DNA of 64,000 nucleotides from Octopus vulgaris (lineage: Eukaryota): positions 20,212,001-20,276,000 of the forward strand of contig OX597829.1 of NCBI GenBank assembly GCA_951406725.2, written 5' to 3'. The notes under the pieces were generated by a model. That model was not told where the DNA came from and searched no databases. It saw only the letters and a program-made list of their open reading frames with translations. Positions 1 to 14,640 of the stretch are shown piece by piece. The first letter of the stretch is position 1. Each line of letters opens with the position of its first letter. The translations under genes were made by a program, and so were the position numbers.

Positions 1-30
1 TATATATATATATATATATACACACATGTG

Positions 31-61
<31 letters not shown>

Positions 62-119
62 GTATGTATATATATATATATGCACACATGTGTATGTATA
101 TATATATATATTTTATATG

Positions 120-248
120 TAGAAAAATACAAACTGGGACAAGAACGTAAAACATTTAGAAGACGATACAAAAAACACGGACAGGACATTCGAAGCCTCC
201 AATCTTCAGTCAAGAACCGGATCATCCTAGCAATTTCGGCTGATTAAT
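120..248 (-). mobile_element. PLE-type terminal repeat fragment with degenerate hammerhead-like motifs, in TA repeat
   Basis: Minus strand contains CAGCC-GAAA and CTGAAGA...CGAATGTC followed by a T-rich end. Confidence 0.35.
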
Positions 249-257
249 ATATATATA

Positions 258-1294
258 CCTGTAGTATAGCCCGGCGTTGCTCGGATTTGTTTTTTAGTTG
301 CACTTAAAATGGCAGACTTTGATGTTGCGTTAACAAAGTTTTGACATAGTTTCAATCTATGAATAAAAGTATAGTGTGACGATGCTCAAGTTTGCTCTGA
401 ATGTGCTGCAAATGTGTTATGCCGACTTCAATTGTTAGTATTGTTAGTTAATATTCCTTCTATTTGCATTATGGAGAAAAAAATTTAAAGCAAAATGAAG
501 CTCAAGTTTTGAACTGCACTGAAAATCTATTAAGAAGTTAACACTGCAACAGTATTCATTAAGAAAAAATATAGGAAAATCCAAAATGTTAGTAAGAATA
601 GTTTGTGGTTACAAAAAAAAGCAAAAAATGTTATTTTGAAGCCAAACGTGTGGGTAACATGAATTGAGGTTGTACCTGTAAAATGAATAAAATCAACTAT
701 TTTACATCACGTATAACTAAAAAAATCTGTAAAACAAAACATACCCATTGAAGGTTTGACTTCAACATCGTAGATAGTAACAGCATGCAGATTGCACAAC
801 TGCTACGACTGCCATACCCACAAATAAGAATCACTTAAACTGAGAAATGTTTTGTCTTATGCTAATGCAATTAGTTTTTCTCACAAAAAATCAATTGAAA
901 TTGCTGAATTTTACTCAACGCTGTAGCAGTTGACGACCTTGAAAATTAGTGCATTCACGCAGCGAACATTACTCCTCTGCATTGGATCAGCTGATCCGTC
1001 ATTCGCTCAAAATCAATGACATCACAAAAAAATTCTTTTCGACCCTTTAGAATTGGAATTTTTGAAAAGTAAATATTTTGCATCATGTAGCTTGTTATTC
1101 TCTTTAAGCGAACATTTTTCTGGTTGAAATACACCAAAAAATGGCTACACAGCAGTCAAAAAATCGTAAAAAATAGGGATTTTCATAGAAAAAAAGCACG
1201 TTTTTGATATAAATAATTTTTGGTCTTAACAAGGTCCGATTTGAATTTTTTCTTCTATGGAATGAAGAGCAAGCCTTCTTCTATCATACTCTCA
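258..1294 (-). mobile_element. Non-autonomous Helitron remnant
   Basis: Reverse complement of 262-290 matches the 3' hairpin CCGAGCAACGCCGGG of the Helitron at 42094-42443. Confidence 0.6.
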
Positions 1295-1670
1295 ATTTAG
1301 AGATAGCAGCATATTTGTCTGTTAATTACATTTGTAACTGTTAAAATATTAAAATATAGAAACTGATATTGAATTTTAATTAAGATAACAAGAGTCCTGA
1401 CGATTGGGGTTGCATTTAAGAAATGTTCCTGTAAAAGACTGCATGTATAAGGAACGTTAAACGCACCTCATGAAACACGTGTAGCAGAGAAACTTAGAAA
1501 TGATTAGTAAGTATTAAAATAAAATTCTATTATATAGTGTGATGTATTTTAGGATTTGGTGAATTGCATGGGGACTGCTATCTCTAAATAACGTATTTCC
1601 TTATCGAGAATAATTAATTTTATTTGAATCCCTGTGATGCCGGAATTTTTATTCCTTCATAAATAAAATA
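1295..1670 (+). mobile_element. PLE pLTR-like fragment with long-stem-II hammerhead motif (1392-1488) and 15-bp inverted 5' piece
   Basis: CTGACGA-T-TGGGG..CCTCA-T-GAAACACGTGTA; ATTTAGAGATAGCAG (1295-1309) is inverted at 1575-1589; stem I decayed. Confidence 0.55.
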
Positions 1671-2116
1671 ATCTCTCTCTCTCTCTATATATATATATAC
1701 ATATGGGGCACCACCTTTAGTTGACCAAATTGACCCCAGGACTTATTCTTTGTAAGCCTTGTACTTGCATATATATATACACACAATGGGGCTTTTTTCA
1801 GTGCCATCCAGTGGGACTGAACCCAGAACCATGTGGTTGGGAAGCAAGATTCTTGCCACCCAGCCACTCCTATGTGTATTTTTACATATGTATATATATA
1901 TATTTATATATTCATGTTTATATATAACTTTTGTGTGTGTGTGTATGTGCATACAGGTATGAATTTGCTATTAAAATAATTACTGTGAAACCCTCAAAGG
2001 AATGAAAGGGGTAAATAAATACATTTTATCCAAATCCTGACTCCCTTCTTTTTCTTAGTGTAGAAAATCTGTACACCACTTCAAACAATTTATATGTCTA
2101 TAAATATGTATATATA

Positions 2117-2452
2117 TTCTTTTATTCTATTTATTTGTTTCAGTCATTTGACTGTATCCATGCTGGGACATCACCTTTAGTCAAGCAATTCGACCCCAGG
2201 ACTTATTCTTTGTAGGCCTGGTGCTTATTCTATCAGTCTCTTTTGTCAAACTGCTAAGTTACAAAGATATAAATACACCAGTTTTGGTTGTCAAGCGATG
2301 TTGGGGGAACACACACATATATACGACGGGCTTCTTTCAGTTTCCATCTAACAAATCCACTCACAAGGCTTTGGTTGGCCCGAGGCTATAGTGGAAAACA
2401 CTTGTCCAATGTGCCACGCAGTAGGACTGAACCCAGGACCATGTGGTTGGTG
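2117..2452 (-). mobile_element. tRNA-derived SINE family A (partial; another fragment at 1705-1872)
   Basis: Same sequence as the copies at 7903, 20870, 37146 and 52046. Confidence 0.85.
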
Positions 2453-2453
2453 G

Positions 2454-2504
<51 letters not shown>

Positions 2505-2533
2505 AAACACATGCTCTATTATATTATTCTATA

Positions 2534-4250
2534 GTTTCAGCAAGAGGTTGTGGCCATGCAGGAGCATTGACATTTACTCTAATGTTTGGTTATTGAAGAT
2601 TTGATGAGCTGCCCTCTTTGAATTTCTTGCCGTGGTATGTGTTCATCTAGCAAATCAGATAAAAGTTTGTTCAATTGTTGTATGAGCACATCCACAACTA
2701 CACCTGATAGATCCCCGAGGTCTTTTGACCATATATTGAGAAATTGTGGGCCTTTGAACTCTAAACTGTTGCAGTATTGGGTTTTTACTCTGGATGGAGA
2801 TGACGGGATCTTTGGAACTATGTAATGATGTCCATACTAGTAATTGGTATACTTTTCAATCTCAAAGTTGGTTGCTAAACCTTCCAGGATCTTCCATATA
2901 TATATTACTGCATGTTTTCTACATCTTCTTTCCAGGGAATAGAGGCTAAGCTCTTTTAGGCTCTCCTTGTAGTCCTTCTGTTACACTAAGGCAGTCTTCT
3001 TGGTATAGTGGCAATAGATAACCTTTAGTTCTGTTAATATGATGCTTTGTGATCATAACTTGGAAGGGTATCTAGGCAACTGGGCACAAATGTTCTCCAT
3101 ACAAGCAATCCAGTTTCCTTTTTCCATGTACTGAATGATCTCAGAATCTAACCAGTCCATGTACATTACTGTCATCTTAGTAATACGCACACAGACTTAT
3201 GCATGCATGAACTCTGAAAGTGCGATACTCCAGCTCCTATATATTCTGATTGCAGTCTATTTGTGGCCTGATAGCTGAGAGATTGAAACTTGTCAGCATT
3301 GAACTCCATATTACTTTCTTTGGCTTACTTGTATATTGTGTTCAAATCTTATTGTAGATTTGATGTATCTTCAGGGTCCTTGATTGTTTGTGATACTCTT
3401 TTCTATCATCAGCATAGCTGGTGAGAATGCCTGACTTTTATGACTGAGGGTAAGGTTTGACAGGGCTACTACAAACTGCAGTGATCCAAGTACTGTTCTC
3501 TGAGAAACCCTGCTTAGTATTGATGTTTCTTCATAGAGAGCATCATTGGATGCTACAGCTTGTCTCCTATCTTTTTGAAAATCTTGCAACCATTCCCCTA
3601 TTTTACCAATGATACCAAGGTCATGCAGTTTGTGACATATCGTGGGATTGACTTATTTGAAGCCCTTGGCAAAGCTGAGATATATCACATCCACATTTGA
3701 ACATCTCAATTGTTCTTTCAGTACCCAGTTATAGTGCTATAGTAGCTGTGCAAGGCAGCTCTTTCCTGGGCAGAAGCTATGCTGTATGTTAGTGGGAGAG
3801 CCATTGTCTTCTAGGAATGTGATCAGCTTCGTTCTCCAAATGCATTCCATGGCTTTGCTCACATGCTAGGTCAGAGAGGTAGGACTGTAATCTTTAGCAT
3901 CTGCTGTGATCCCTCCTTTATGGATAGGACACAGTTATACCTTTTTTTTTTAGCATTTTGGGAAGTTTGCCTCTTATAAAGAAACTGGAAAATTATCTGC
4001 AGTGGTTTTGTGAGTGCTTTCTTGTGTGTCTTTAAAAAAAACAGCTGGAAAACCACCAGAGCCTGCAGCTGACTTTGAATTCAGTTCATCAGTGACTAAT
4101 ATTACATCTTTTTCTTTTATGCCAATGTTATCAATAGTTGTCTCTTGCCTGTGTAAATCAGTAGTGTTGAGCTCATCAGGTTTGCTTATTTGGATATTTC
4201 CCAGTGGGGGGTGGGGTGAAAACATTTTGGAATTGCTTATTGATTATTTC
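2534..4250 (-). mobile_element. Old, degenerate CR1-type LINE ORF2 3' half
   Basis: Broken RT motifs (RVSQRTVLGSLQF, SAAGSGGFPAVFFK) homologous to the younger copies; same 3' terminal motif gtttcagc..tgtggccatgc. Confidence 0.85.
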
Positions 4251-4420
4251 ACTTGAAAAAAGTCTGTTTCCATGTTTTTGTTTTTATGTTTTCATTTCTC
4301 ATTGTGTTCTACGTTTTTTGGTGTTCTGTACCCATATATGCATGTATATATACATATAGATGTAGGTATGTATATATATGTGTGTGTGTATATGCATATG
4401 TTTTATTTATTATTTTGTTG

Positions 4421-4462
<42 letters not shown>

Positions 4463-4489
4463 TCATCTCGTTTTGAATATTTATTTTTA

Positions 4490-5975
4490 AACTCTGCATG
4501 AGCATCCACATGAATCCAGCTTTTGATTTGCATACCTTCTTGCAAATATGGCAACTCTGTGATGGGTTTTTGACTAGTTTTGCGAGTGCATTTTCATGTA
4601 TTCTTATGTGCTTCTTCAGGACCCCAATAGATGTACAAATCTTGTTACAAATTGGATGTGTTAGTTTTGACCTTGAAGGGATATTATGTTCCTGTATGAG
4701 CCTTGATTTTGTCTCCTGCCATGTAACCATTTGTGACTAACTAATCCAGCTATTGATAAGAATTGGTGGTTATTGGGAGCACACACCAATCCGCCTTCAA
4801 AATCGCAAGGAAGATGTTCCTGGTTTCAAATAGAATATTGAATTCTGTTCTGTTCAAATGTTTCACAACCTTTCTTGATTGTACCACACCACTCTTATTG
4901 GTTCAATGCAAGCATTTCCCAATCTCGATTTCCCATGCTCAAATGTTTGAGGTTTGCCTTTGTTATGTCTTTATATTTCAATCAGGATTTCTGTTATAGG
5001 CTCTTATTTAGTGTTAGTTCTCCATAAAGTGGGCCCTTGTGTTATCCATACTAACTAAATGACCCATCCAGTGCATTTGATTCAAAACAATGATTTTTCT
5101 TCAATGCTAGGCATATTAGTATTTGCTAGAATAAAAGTGTCTGGGGGTTTTCTGTACCATTTTATCCTTAGTTTGTGTCTTAAACAATTTTGCTGGAATC
5201 TTTCAAGTGATGCCATGCGATGACGATAGGTAATCCATGTGTCTGAATCTTAAAGAAGACAGGTTAAAAATATTCCTGTAGATAGAATGCTTTGTATTAA
5301 GAGTGATTCTTCTGTCCTTCCACACTCATTTTCCAAGAGTGCCAAAAGCAGCAGTTGCTTTCACAATCCTTTGATGAATTTCAGCATGTAAAAATTCAGT
5401 GGATGATATAAAGGGCCCAAGATATGCAAAACTCTCTATGACTTCCACCTGAGTCCCATTTACCCTGATGCTATACTTGGCATTAGCTTCTCCAAATGCA
5501 TGAATATCACTTTAGTTTTGTTAAGACTATCAGTGAGTCCAAACAAAGTGCTAGCTCTTCTAACATAGTCTTCTAACAATTGCATGTCTTGTTCTGAATG
5601 AGCCAGGAAGTTGACACTGACAGCATATAGCAGTTAATGCAAAATCTTGTCAAAGTCCATAGATTTGAGTCTCAACTGACTCAGATCAAATAGTTTATCT
5701 GAGCTTTGGAACCTTAGATAGACACAAGTGGTACATAAACAACAGCAACAGTGAAATAGATGGGGGGGGGGATAAATAGCAGGAGCAAGTACATCTTCTT
5801 GCTCCAAACCATTATCAATTGAGACAAGGTCTGATAGGATAACATTAACACGAGCCTTTATATAAAGATGAAGTTCATAAATCTTGAAGACAAACTCTGA
5901 TGGGCATCCTAGGTTTTCTAAGATTATCCACAAATCTTACCTGTTCACCATATCAAAGGTGATATCAAAGAAAAC
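4490..5975 (-). mobile_element. Degenerate RTE-clade LINE
   Basis: WIILENLGCPSEFV, NGLEQEDVLAP, C-terminal C2H2-like CPICNKIC/CHICKKVCKSKAG; many frameshifts. Confidence 0.75.
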
Positions 5976-6076
5976 TTGAAAATAGCCAGTGAGTGCTCGC
6001 TACATTTTTCTTGTAATTGATGAGCTGAAAAGATCATGTCTTTTGTGCCTCAACCTTCCCCAAGGTATACATACAT

Positions 6077-6125
<49 letters not shown>

Positions 6126-6654
6126 TATAACAAAACACAGGAAATCGGGAATTTTTTGGTATTATTTATTCACTATTACACATGTTTCATTTGGTAATAG
6201 GAATTACAATGTTTTTCTTGTTAGATGGATATCTAGAGAATTGCCTATTAGAAATCCTTCACACAAGGACATGAAATAATACAAATATTATGCTTGGATG
6301 AAACGTTTATATTTAGATAGTAATCAGGAGCAGCACAGACCTGCTGATGGAAGAAAAGAGACACATTCCATCTTTGCTTCCTTTACTAAGGCTGTATATT
6401 TTTATTTAGATTATCATCTAAATATAAATGCTTGATCCAAGAGCATTAAATTTGTATTATTTCATGTCTTTGTGTGAATGATTTCTAATTGGAAATCTCT
6501 TAAATATCTATTTAATATATAAAACTTTGTAATTGCTATTACCAAGTAAAACGTAAATAATACCAAAAAACTTTCCAATTTCCTGCTTTGTTTCAGAATA
6601 ACTTTGCAAAGAACATCTGACATTATATCCTTGAATTTTTTGTTAGCCACGATG

Positions 6655-7222
6655 AGTGTTAGCTTCATCAATTTGAGTGAGAAACAAAGAGATAATCCAT
6701 GCAGTGGAAACACCCCTCTCACCTGCTTCAAAGGTTGTTCCGTTTGCAAGGAAGATGGTGCCACAATTTTGGGGGATGCAAAAGGCACTTTGTTTATTGT
6801 CTTTCTTCAAAAGGGCCACACCATCAACAGTGAGTGAGTACAATGCCAACTTGCTGAGTCAGTTATGAAGGGCTATCAAGACCAAACACCCAAGAACACT
6901 GGTCTTGTTTCATCTGGACAATATTCCAGCATAGTCCCTGGTTTCAATGGTGGCTATGTGTGACTGTTGCTTTGAACTGGTTGATCATCCACTCTGTTTT
7001 TCTGACTTGGCCTCGTCTATCATCTCTTCTCCAACATGAAAAAAACTCTTGGCTGGGAACCAGTATTGCAGTGATGATGATGTCATATCTGCTGTTGAAG
7101 ACATTTTTGAGCTATGAGATGAAAGCTTCTTCACCAACGGAATCCAAGCATTTGCAACACCAATGGAAGAAGTATGTGGACCACATATGGTCAGCCCATG
7201 AACTTTTCAGCCAACAACCATA
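6655..7222 (+). mobile_element. Mariner transposase pseudogene (catalytic half) with right TIR remnant
   Basis: Frameshifted QWKHP..FWDAKG..FLQKGHTINSEY, HLDN, FELVDH..SDL, LAGNQY, QHQWKKYVD; ends gaacttttcagc..TA. Confidence 0.85.
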
Positions 7223-7902
7223 TATATGATGGTTGCCTGCTCACTTCAAAGGTTGATCACCTCAGTGTACATAATGCTCAATTCTGGCATGTGATCTTAT
7301 GTATACATACATCATCATCATTGTCATTTACTGTCCACTTTCCATGCTGGTGCATATGTATATATATATATATATATAGATAGATAGATATAGATACACA
7401 CACATATATATGCATGTATACTTACATATATACATACATAAATATTTATATATAACTATATACAGGCCAGGTGTCAAAAGCATAATGATATCTGTTTGAC
7501 AGTTGATGATGTGAATGTATATTTGATATGTTTGTTTGTGAATTTTTTTGTCTTAGGGCTTCATTATTCTAAGTTGACCTTCATTGTCATAAAGTTGAAT
7601 ATGGTTGTGGATTCATGGTATATCGTGATTACTTATATTTGATATTAGCTGATTTACTCATTTACTTCTTGGATACTCTTATTAGGCTTGGCTAACACTT
7701 AGATAATGCTTTCTAGTTTGGGTAGGTTCTGTGGTGTGTGTATGTGTGTGTGTGTGTCTGTCTGTGTATGTAAAGAAAGATTTTTTTGTAAAGGAAAGTA
7801 TTTAAAATATATTTTTTTGAAGCCGAATGACACAAACCTTTTGGAAACACCTGTGCTAATCTGTATAGAGGAAGATATTTTCTAGTAATGATTTATGTAT
7901 GT

Positions 7903-8318
7903 ATACTCTTTTACTCTTTTTACTCTTTTATTTGTTTCAGTCATTTGACTGCGGCCATGCTGGAGCACCGCCTTTTTTTAGTCGAGCAAATCGACCTCAG
8001 GACTTATTCTTTGAAAGCCTAGTACTTATTCTATCGGTCTCTTCTGCCGAACCGCTAGGTTACGGGGACGTAAACACACCAGTATCAGTTGTCAAGCGAT
8101 GTTGGGGGGACAAACACAGACACACAAACACACACAAACATATATACATATATACGACAGGCTTCTTTCAGTTTCTGTCTACCAAATTCACTCACAAGGC
8201 TTTGGTCGTCCCGAGGCTATAGTAGAAGACACTTGCCCAAGGTGCCACGCAGTGGGACTGAACCCGGGACCATGTGGTTGGTAAGCAAGCTACTTACCAC
8301 ACAGCCACTCCTACACCT
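7903..8318 (-). mobile_element. tRNA-derived (CORE-like) SINE family A, full length
   Basis: Head GGAGTGGCTGTGTGGTAAG...GGTTCAGTCCC (A/B boxes), CCTTGGGCAAGTG central block, (GAGTAAAA)n tail. Confidence 0.9.
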
Positions 8319-8399
8319 GTATACACATGTATTTTAGTAATACATGAATAAAAGATAGTGCGATGGTGTGGATATATTTGAAAAGATGCCCATTTGTCA

Positions 8400-9380
8400 T
8401 ATAGAATGGCTGTTTCCTTAACCTTTGAAATCTTGGAACTGAGTGCAATAAAACAATAGTTAACATATCAGACAGGTGCCTTTCTTGAGGATGAGATAGG
8501 CAGCTGTGTGTGAAACGCTTGGAGAATTTGGGACTTGCTTTCTTGTATATGTAGAGGAACATGCCTAAGAGGGTGGTTTCCACCATAACTATTTTTGATG
8601 GGTAAGAGTTAAGTGAGTTGCTAAAAAGAGTATTGAACTGGTGGAGTTCTGACTAGTTGCTAACTTAAACTGCTATAAGGTAGATCTGAAAGAAAGTGTG
8701 TGTGTGCTTTGTATTATTTGTGACTTTGAAATGGGTTGTTGTGAAAAGTCAGTGTTTGGATGATCTGAGATGGTGATGATTTTGTAGATGTTGGGTTTAG
8801 AGGTGCAAAAGAGGTAAAAGGTGTTTAAAATGTCTGTGTTCCGTCAAGGATGTGTGTAGAGGATGAAACTCATTGATGTAGAGAATTGAGGTTTTGGTAA
8901 GTTACTTTTTTTCAACATTAGTGGCATTAGTATAGGATGAGTGTGGAAGTTGAGAAGGGTGGTGAGTGTTGTAACCACAAAAGATAATGACTTTGGAGAG
9001 CAGTGACATGGAATAGAATGTTCTTGATTCAGGAAGGGATATGACTGAAAAGTTGGCTGGAAGATTTCAGAAAGTGATGGAAGAAGCAGGTGTATTTGGT
9101 GAGTGTGGAAAGATGGTTTTTGAGACAGAGTAACAGAAACTTTTTGTTACTGATGTCCAGATGAGAGTACTGAGTGGCTGAGATAATGGAACTTACATGT
9201 GGGAATGGGCTCATCACTACATCTGTGAAGTACATTAATTGATTACTGCACTAATGAGTTAAAATTCTGGGTATGAAGCCCCTGCACATTTAAATATTAG
9301 TGTAATTGAGCATTGAACCTGAACACTCAGCCTCACTGACCTGTTTCCAACAACCTCACTTTTAGAGTCCATGTTTGCAC
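8400..9380 (-). mobile_element. Highly decayed LINE ORF2 remnant
   Basis: Weak EN/RT-linker-like fragments (LILKKGTCL..NY). Confidence 0.35.
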
Positions 9381-11279
9381 TTATAGCATGTGTATATTGC
9401 AAATACTCTTTGCTGCAAAAGTAAAAACTTTTACATTTTGATTGCAAATCCTGGATTTTTATTCTTATATCATGTATTATCTCTGAGTGCCTTCACTTTC
9501 TTTTGCCTTGATATCTTATCCTATTTTGTAACTCAGTAGATATAAATTTTAGGGCCTCATTACATACAATATATAACTGAGAACTTCACTGTACACAGTT
9601 TTGTTTTTGTAACACTTGTTTCCTTTGCTTGTTAGTCTACATAACTTTTATCTCCAATATTCTATTTCTAGCTCTATAAAAATAAAGTCATAATTGTCTG
9701 TAGTTGGACCCTGGCTGTAATAAATGTATTCCTATTTTATTGGATGTCTTTCTCCTGCATTTATAGATATAGAATGTTATTTTTACATCCATTTCCCATG
9801 CTGGCATGTATTAAATGGGTTGTCATGGTTCATATTTGAAGTTGTTGCCTTCAGAGATGGGTTGGAAGATAATTGTGGCATCATGTCCATGGTTAGATGC
9901 CCTTCCTAACACAAACCACTTTACAGAATGTACAGAATGCATTTTTTCCATGGCTTTAGAACTAGTGAGGTTGTCAAGCCCTTGGCAAGACCAATGAGTT
10001 CAGTTGACTCCACACAGTCTCTGAATGATTTGATTTGCCAACCATCCTACAAAATGTACTTGGTGCATTTTATTGTTGCACCTGCACTATTGAGGTATCT
10101 TTGTACTTCATAAGACCAAAGAACTTCACATTCTAAGAGAGAATAGCAGAAAGAGTAATGACAGAAGCTGAGGTAGGGTTTGATAGTGAGAGAAGTGAGT
10201 GTATGATGACAGGAACAGCATTATTGGAGTATGGAAGGTGGTAGAGGAGAGAGTAATAGAAGAAATAAAGCTAGAGGAGCAATGAGAGAGAGACAGTATT
10301 GTTGGGGATTAGTGGGAGAGAGCTAATAATAGCAATAACCTGTTTAGTAGCAAGAGGATGAATGATTGATGGATAGTTATAGAGATGAGCAATTAGATGT
10401 GGAAGTTAGATCCTTTCCATTTTAAAGGGTGAATATGTGTCAGTAGGTGCCATTCTAGATTCTATATTTCAAAATTCATCCAATTAATGCACATGCCAAT
10501 AAATGTTCTTTATGGTCACAAAGTAGTGGTAAAATTTGTCTGAAACAGTCTTCATTTTGTAGGATGAATTTTCCTCCAAAAAGTCTTTTTTCTTTTTATG
10601 CCTGTAATATCTTGTATTTGTCATTTTGTTTGAGAAATTTCCGCATTTCTATTTTATGCATAAAACATATCTTCACAATTTTTCATTATGTTAAACCTTT
10701 TAGTATTCCATTGTTTCCAATTTGAAAATTTTGCAAATAGAAAGATCATTTGGAAATCAAATTATTGGGAATGAGTGTTTATCTAGAAAACGAAATTATA
10801 AATTAAGATATTCATTAATGATTAAAGTAAACTAGACAATAGAGAACTGGTTTGATACTTTAAAGAATTCAGTGCAAGAAAAACAATTGAGTTCATGTGG
10901 CACTACAGGATGGATGTGAACAGTTTATTGGAAGATACGCAGTCTGTTTATGCCATGTATTAAAAAGATAAAAGCTTTCATTGTTCGTACCCAATCAAAA
11001 GACAAAAACAAAACTTTCGTTTTTTTTTTATCCTTATAATTTTTTTTTCTTTTTTAAAAATTCAATAATAATAATGATATCTAACAAAGGCTCAGGCTGC
11101 ACATTCTTGAACTTTCACAGGTACTTATTTTTATGGGTCTCATGAAGGATGGAATGCAGTCAACCGACGAACGTAACTGCATAGACATTTTGCCCAACGT
11201 CTGCTGGATTCTGCTATTCAAATAAATGTGCACAAGACTACAAATTCTGGGAAACGGAACAATTGATTAATATCACTTC

Positions 11280-11455
11280 ATTACCTGAACGGATGAAAGG
11301 CAAAGTGGATATAATCCTTTCTACTAATGGCACAATTGTTTGGGGGATGGCGCTAGTTGATTATATCGACCCCCAGGACTTGACCGGTACTTAATTCATC
11401 AACCTCGAAAGGATGAAATGCAAAGTCAATCTCGGTGGAATTTGAACTCATGATG
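11280..11455 (-). mobile_element. SINE family C with Deu/Nin-like domain (copies also 12430-12520 and 46700-46920)
   Basis: Reverse strand GAGTTCAAATTCC..GACTTTGC(C)TTTCATCCTTTCG..GATRAA..AAGTAC. Confidence 0.6.
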
Positions 11456-11714
11456 GCTCGAGATAAACAAAAAACAACAATTATAACCTTATTGATGATG
11501 ATGCTAAAGAACTAAAATGTCACAAATTAAAATATCCGTGGAAATTAGAAATATGTGGGGAAGAACAAAGCGATTTTTATGAAGGGCGAATTTGACCTAA
11601 CGGGAGGGATTTGAACCGGAATTTTGTTTAATGCTTTGTTATTATTGTTTTATTCGAAGGGAAAAAAATATTAAATAATAATCTTGAAAATAAAACAACA
11701 CAAAAGGAAACCAA

Positions 11715-11938
11715 CCAACAGGAAGTATCAAGACCTCTCAGATCAGCGATTCCATTTACCGAGTGCACCTTCATGTTAGATGACGATTTCTGAGATAGTT
11801 ACTTCTCTCACAAGATAAAGAAGGAATCGTGTCTTCGCCGACCGGTGCCTCATTATCTGGTGTGAAGCCGATGTGCGACCCTCAGTTGAGAATAGTTTCA
11901 CTCGGGTTAGTATGACTGGGCGCTACGTCTGTCAAACG
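11715..11938 (+). promoter_or_regulatory. Candidate promoter and first non-coding exon of the DCN1-like gene
   Basis: Unique sequence with locally retained CpG, ETS-like CAGGAAGT at ~11719, donor-like ACG|GTACGA at 11938/9; link to the downstream gene is inferred. Confidence 0.45.
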
Positions 11939-12324
11939 GTACGATAATTACGATTCTGATTTTTATTTATTTATTATATATTATTTTTGCACGGAAGATA
12001 CAAGGTCTGAGAATTATCGGAGAGGTAAACGGAAATGAAGTCACAGGAAAAAAATAAGAAAAAAAATGTCACATTTCATTCCAAGTATTAGTTAACGTAA
12101 TTAAATATTATTTGAAATCGATTATTAACCGGTAATATATACCATTGCCTACAACAACAATACTATTTATATAATGGTAATTTAAGATATTTAAGTGTGT
12201 TGCGTAACTTTTTTTGCATGTGAGTTTTTTTTTCTTTGATATTTTTGGGACATTTTTTTTGTCTGACTTTTCCTGTATTCATAGAAGGAAAAAATAGTTG
12301 TGATGTTTATATTTTTTTAGAGAC

Positions 12325-12381
<57 letters not shown>

Positions 12382-12857
12382 AAAACAGCATAATGTCACA
12401 AATTTGTTGTAAAAGATTACGGTTGATTAAATCGGATCAGTACTTATTTCATCGACCTCGTTAGGTGAAAAGCAATCAAAGTCGACCCGGTGGGATTCGA
12501 ACTCAAAGCGCGCAACGGAACGTATCCAAATTAACCGTTTGACAATCCGATGCAGTGCAGTTTCTGAATGCAACATCATCCTTCATAACCATCATTTGTC
12601 GTTTTCCTCTTTTCGTTTATTTATTTACCTTTGTTAGTTTTAGATGAGTGGTATGTATTTATTTATCTAACGGCTTATCCCATCTTTGAAAAACTTGTGC
12701 CATCAACGCTGAAAGCTTTTCTTCCAGAAACGCTTTTAATCGTTTTTTTTTTTTTCCATTTTCTTTTGGCTTTTCTTAAATTTAATTTTTATTTTGTTCT
12801 TTTTCTTTTTTTCTTTCTTTCTTTCCTCCTTTTTATATACTTTACTGTTGTTATTCC

Positions 12858-13022
<165 letters not shown>

Positions 13023-13052
13023 CTACATGTGTTTCTTAAATATTTATTTTAG

Positions 13053-13122
13053 CTGTTTTCGCAATCGTTCAAAGATGTATAAATCGAATTCTGATTACAG
13101 ACCGGCCAAACTTTCAGATTCT
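13053..13122 (+). other. Candidate 5'-UTR exon
   Basis: tatttattttAG acceptor and TCT|GTACGT donor in unique CpG-retaining sequence. Confidence 0.35.
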
Positions 13123-13677
13123 GTACGTATCCAGTAGCATTCCATTCGTCATTCATAACGGGAATATGCAATCTTTTCTATGAAATTGTGCATGAGGCAG
13201 TATATATAATATACGGTGTTTATATTGCATAGGTGTATCTATATTTTATTCATGATGAATGTTAACGACATATGATGATATCTTTGGATATGGACGCATG
13301 TACCTTTAACTTCACTCGTTACGTAATGTGTGTATATGTATAATAATATACATGCTAGACATAACTTTGTGTCAAGTGTAGAAAACGAAATGGTATTTCA
13401 TTGATATTTCAACACAACAGATAACATTACATGCCATTATGATTTGTTGCACACACAGACACACACACACACACAGATATGTATATATGTGTGTATGTGT
13501 AGTCATTACAAGTGTGGGCGTGTATACGTGTAAGAATGAAAGGTTGTATATATGTCATTGTGCATGTGTTTATGTGTATGTACTGGCGTGTGTGCGTATA
13601 TATATATATGCATATAAGTACACACACACACACATATTTATATGCATACATAAATATACAAATATATATATTTATAG

Positions 13678-13716
<39 letters not shown>

Positions 13717-13787
13717 CTTAAGCACATTTGTGAGTGTGTATGTTTATATATATATATATATATGCAAAAAATATGTATACAAGGGAT

Positions 13788-14057
13788 AGGCATAGCAGTG
13801 TGGTAAGAAGTTTGCTTTCCAAGCATATGGTCCCAGGTTCAGTCCCACTGGCGCCGAGATCAAGTGTTTTCCATTATAACCTTGGGCCAAGCCAAACCTT
13901 GTCAGTGGATTTGGTGATGGAAACTGAAAGATGCCCATCATGTACATCTAACTATGTATCCTATGTTTGTGGAAGACACTTGATAAGTGCTGCAGTGGGG
14001 ATGAACCTGTAACTATATGGTTTCAGAAGCAAATTTCCTACTACATAGCCACACCTG
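13788..14057. mobile_element. Two decayed SINE-A heads in opposite orientation
   Basis: + head at 13788-13935, - head at ~13970-14057. Confidence 0.6.
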
Positions 14058-14082
14058 TTCTTGTATACATAATTTTTGTATA

Positions 14083-14132
<50 letters not shown>

Positions 14133-14163
14133 TGCACACGTACAACGATATACATGTATAGAT

Positions 14164-14200
<37 letters not shown>

Positions 14201-14640
14201 CATATCAGAGGGAAATGGAATTTAATTAAAATTAAAAACATTTAATCAAAATTTACATTTCCAGTGGTCTAATGTGTAAAAAAATTTAGACAAAAAGACT
14301 ATATATTTGTCATACGATATAGTGTATATTTATACACATAGGGAATCCACTTGTAGGGATTCTACACGCTCAAAAGAACAGCTAAATTCTATAACCACAA
14401 AAATTCGACAAGAATAAATTTGGAAAGATGGTAAATGTTTTTGTGGTTATAGAACTTAGCTGTTTACTCTTTTATGTACATTCCTTTATGTACACTGATT
14501 TGTTCTGCTTTTTTATGTTTAACCCTACAGTCTCTTATGTGGTGGTTTAATAAAGTATGTGATTGAGTATTATCTAGTAATCAATATTTGATTTAGATGT
14601 ATTTCTCCATTTTCTTATCTTGTATATATATATATATATA

